From contig NC_068984.1 in assembly GCF_001194135.2 (NCBI RefSeq), positions 13,467,799-13,509,953 on the forward strand: DNA of 42,155 bases, given 5' to 3'. Of this stretch, positions 39,094 through 42,155 are shown piece by piece; position 1 is the stretch's first letter; the number at the start of each line of letters is the position of its first letter. This DNA is from Octopus bimaculoides (lineage: Eukaryota). A program made the position numbers and the translations under genes. The notes beneath the pieces were generated by a model. It did no database searches, had not been told where the DNA came from, and saw nothing but the letters and a program-made list of their open reading frames with translations.

Positions 39094-39138
39094 AACACAA
39101 CGTTTCGGCTGATATGCTTCCCAGCCTCATCAGATGTC
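39094..39138 (-). ncRNA. Minimal type I hammerhead ribozyme with intact core
   Basis: GACAU-CUGAUGA-GGCUG[ggaagcauau]CAGCC-GAAAC-GUU/GUGUU; helix I GACAU:GUGUU, 5-bp helix II, loopless ACGU helix III. Confidence 0.8.
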
Positions 39139-39215
39139 ATGAGGAAATTTAGTACCTGGGTTCTCATTCGTAAGGTATTTTTCGATGTTGTTATTATTAT
39201 TATGATTATTATTAC

Positions 39216-39286
<71 letters not shown>

Positions 39287-39392
39287 CCAGTGCCTGGAAT
39301 CGAACTCGGAATCTTGGGGTTAGCACCCGTGCTCTTAACGACTACAAGGACAAGCAAAGGGGGTCAAGGCCGGAACATCGCCATATGCCCAC

Positions 39393-39468
39393 GGGCATAT
39401 GGCGTAGTGGTTAAGAGCGCGGGCGCCCTCAACCCCGAAATTCCGAGTTCGATTCCAGACAGTGACCT
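39393..39468 (+). promoter_or_regulatory. tRNA-Arg-like Pol III head of the right arm
   Basis: A box TGGCGTAGTGG, B box GAGTTCGATTCC; GGGC..TGGCG and AAATTCC.AGTTCGA.TCC resemble eukaryotic tRNA-Arg(ACG); not a functional tRNA. Confidence 0.75.
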
Positions 39469-39493
39469 GAATAATAATAATAATAATAATAAC

Positions 39494-39531
<38 letters not shown>

Positions 39532-39579
39532 TAATATCATCGAAATATGTTAGGAATGAGAATCCAGGTTCGAAATTTC

Positions 39580-39620
39580 CGGATGAAGGCTGGAGGGTAT
39601 ATCAACCAAAACGTTGTGTT
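39580..39620 (+). ncRNA. Degenerate hammerhead of the right arm
   Basis: CGGATGA-A-GGCTG-gagggtatat-CAACC-AAAAC-GTT-GTGTT; 5' helix I strand deleted. Confidence 0.55.
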
Positions 39621-40285
39621 AACAACAAACAAAATGAGGACAAATATCCGTCAAATGTAAATAACGTAAATAATGTAAATAATGTGTAAATTTCTTGTTC
39701 TTTGAGAGAAGAGATGCCATTGCTGATTTCTTGTACTACTTTCTTTGACCACTTTTATCATTAGGATGTTCAGTCTTCATACCAACTGAATGTACTTAGT
39801 CTACATTTTTCGTTTTTTTGAGCAATCCGTATTTTACTTTAAGATCTAAGCATGCACACATTCTCAGCGAACATTATATGTTCCTACGAAATTTCGTAAA
39901 GATTCCTCAAGAATGATCGAGGTTGTTGCAAGGCAAATGAATAAGTATCGGCGTATTTAGAAAGGATTCTTTTGGATTTCAGTCTATTTGATTATATCAA
40001 ACACCCCTGCCTACCCATGTTCCCTACAATTACTTTTGTACCTCTGGATGTAGCTATGAATGCATGCAGTTGAGTATCGATATATGCATACACATTTCTA
40101 TGTATGTATGTATTATATACGTATGTGTGTATGCACGTACGTATGTATTATGTAGGTATGTACGAGTATATCTATCTACCTATACAACGAACTAATTATG
40201 TGCTTGTCTATGTATGTAGCTCTCTGATTAACTGTCTGCCTCTCTAGTTGTTTCCCTGTATATATATATATATATATATATATAT

Positions 40286-40461
40286 NNNNNNNNNNNNNNN
40301 NNNNNNNNNNNNNNNNNNNNNNNNNNNNNNNNNNNNNNNNNNNNNNNNNNNNNNNNNNNNNNNNNNNNNNNNNNNNNNNNNNNNNNNNNNNNNNNNNNNN
40401 NNNNNNNNNNNNNNNNNNNNNNNNNNNNNNNNNNNNNNNNNNNNNNNNNNNNNNNNNNNNN
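40286..40461. other. Assembly gap
   Basis: Run of N. Confidence 1.
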
Positions 40462-41589
40462 AGACTTGTATACACACACACACACATATATATGTAGACA
40501 CACAGCTCTTTCGTCGAGTTCCTATATAATCTAACTTAATGTTTATATTAACTTCGGCTTTGGTCTTTTACGCACGCCTGCTCTTTATTCTGCGTCCGTT
40601 TTTGCCCGCGTTCCCCTTTTCCTTTTTCTCTTTATAAGAAACATTTGGCAGCAATAAAATAAATTTTAGCATCGCTTTCATTCTATATTTACGGGTGATG
40701 TTCCCGGAAATTCTTCCTGCACAAATTCGAAAGAAAATATGCAGTTCGGATTTACACAAAGGAAATGATCTTATTGGCAATGATTTGGTTTCTTTTATAA
40801 ACTACCGTTAAAGGGCTTTCAGGAATTTTATATCTTTTAACACCGGTGCATAACCAAATACTACATGGTTTTTGGCAAAATCTTTCAACATTCCAAACAG
40901 CTATTTCCCCTTTTCAAAAACAACCTACTTATACAATATCTTTAGAAGTCTTACAATTCACTGGAAAATATAATGATGTCATTGAGTAATTATATCCGAA
41001 GAGAGGGCTGTAGAGAAATGGATAAGGCTAAATTATTGCGAAACAACAAACTGGAAAGTGAGATAATGAATTCTTTAAAGCACAAACCATGTGAAATCAC
41101 ATTCAAACCTATGTTTTAAAATCTTACATTAATCATTTTATTGCTATGATACTGGAATAATTAATCGTTATGTTGTTGTTGTTGGTGGTGGTGATCGTGA
41201 TGGTGATGTAAGCCTGCCGGAAGAACCCTAAAACTGCAAACCCGCGATCAGATTTGTGTCGTGATTATGTGATACTGTAAAGGATTTGTAGAATTGGAAC
41301 TACATTATCAAATATATCTTATATGTGGCTTGATGGAAAGTTCGATGGTCTAGGATTGCCACGTGGATTTCGATGTATGAATCTCGAGCTGGTCGATCAA
41401 CTGTAAAACGTGCTCAATGAATTAATATGCGAAGTACCTGAATATTCCACATACAGGTGGATCCTTGATAAGACTGAATCTTTAAATTTCATCTAACACA
41501 CCTCTACAGCTTCGAACTATTTTCTAAGGACGTGCACTTTCAGGTGTTCGTCAAAATTACAGACGTCTGATGTAAAATGTTCGGTTATA

Positions 41590-41950
41590 ATTTTGACAGA
41601 TTAATAGAAACTAGAAGGCCCGATTTAGTAGTAGTTGACAAAGAGATTAAAATGTGCCAGATAATTGACTGTACAGAGTCAAAGGATGAGAAAGTCAATA
41701 TGAGAAGTAGAGAGAAATTAGTAAAGGACCAGGATGAAGCCGTTGAGTTACAAAGACAAATGAAAGTGCGGGTGAAATGTATCCCTAAAGATTTGAATAG
41801 ATGGATAGAAGAAATAGATATAAAACCTAGTTTAGTACAGCTCCTGAAAACAGTGTTATTAGGGACAGCTAGGATACTTAACAGGGTTCATGGCATCTAA
41901 GGTTACTTGTTGTAGTCAGATGTTAGGAATTTTTCTTGGGGGCATCAATG
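41590..41950 (+). mobile_element. R4/Dong-type non-LTR retrotransposon 3' end (restriction-like endonuclease domain)
   Basis: DRLIETRRPDLVVVDKEIKMCQIID...EKLVKDQD...LLKTVLLGTARILNRV*, short UTR, then (AAT)n. Confidence 0.85.
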
Positions 41951-41951
41951 A

Positions 41952-42016
<65 letters not shown>

Positions 42017-42068
42017 TAATAATAATAATAATGATAATAATAATAATGATAATAATAATAATAATAAT
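41952..42068. repeat. (AAT)n/(GAT) microsatellite
   Basis: Directly visible. Confidence 0.97.
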
Positions 42069-42155
42069 CCTACGTAAAATACTGTCTATGTGATCTCAAA
42101 TGTTAAAGCAAACATAATTTTCTTATGGTTTCTTAAACATTCACTTGAACAAAAC

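Larger units (their letters stand above)
39021..39686. mobile_element. Palindromic tRNA-head/hammerhead element (family C), both arms present
   Basis: 39021-39390 is the reverse complement of 39393-39686 apart from indels; centre gccatatgccc-ac-gggcatatggc. Confidence 0.92.

Noticed and set aside
39393-39468. Functional tRNA gene
   Set aside because: Acceptor and anticodon stems do not pair; it is a SINE head
39010-39697. TSD for the 39 kb family C copy
   Set aside because: Only a 9/11 match (ggagatttctt vs gtaaatttctt) offset from the inferred end; not reliable
2712-40529. Long ORFs spanning N runs and the many [12 protein letters not shown]/poly-I/S/T ORFs
   Set aside because: Artefacts of assembly gaps and stop-free microsatellites
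41380-41480. Fragment of another octopus repeat family
   Set aside because: Resemblance from memory only; no second copy in the window to support it

Overview
AT-rich, gap-ridden animal genomic DNA with no recognisable intact host gene. The tRNA-derived SINE families and (CA)n/(TA)n/(AGAT)n/(AAT)n density resemble an Octopus (O. bimaculoides-like) short-read scaffold; this is recognition by eye, not a database result. Identifiable content is decayed mobile DNA: a Helitron RepHel fragment, a CR1-group LINE 3' end, two Penelope-like elements (PLEs) of different linker type, two mariner left ends, an R4/Dong-type LINE 3' end, a ~430-bp foldback element and many SINEs. Best candidate for an undescribed system: a palindromic non-autonomous retroelement found twice (32383-32778, 39021-39686). 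It has two tRNA-Arg-like Pol III heads fused head-to-head, each arm carrying a minimal type I hammerhead ribozyme of the PLE type. One hammerhead core (39094-39138, minus) is intact, and one copy sits with a perfect 12-bp TSD inside the catalytic motif of a PLE reverse transcriptase. Nearly all supplied ORFs are microsatellite or N-gap artefacts.
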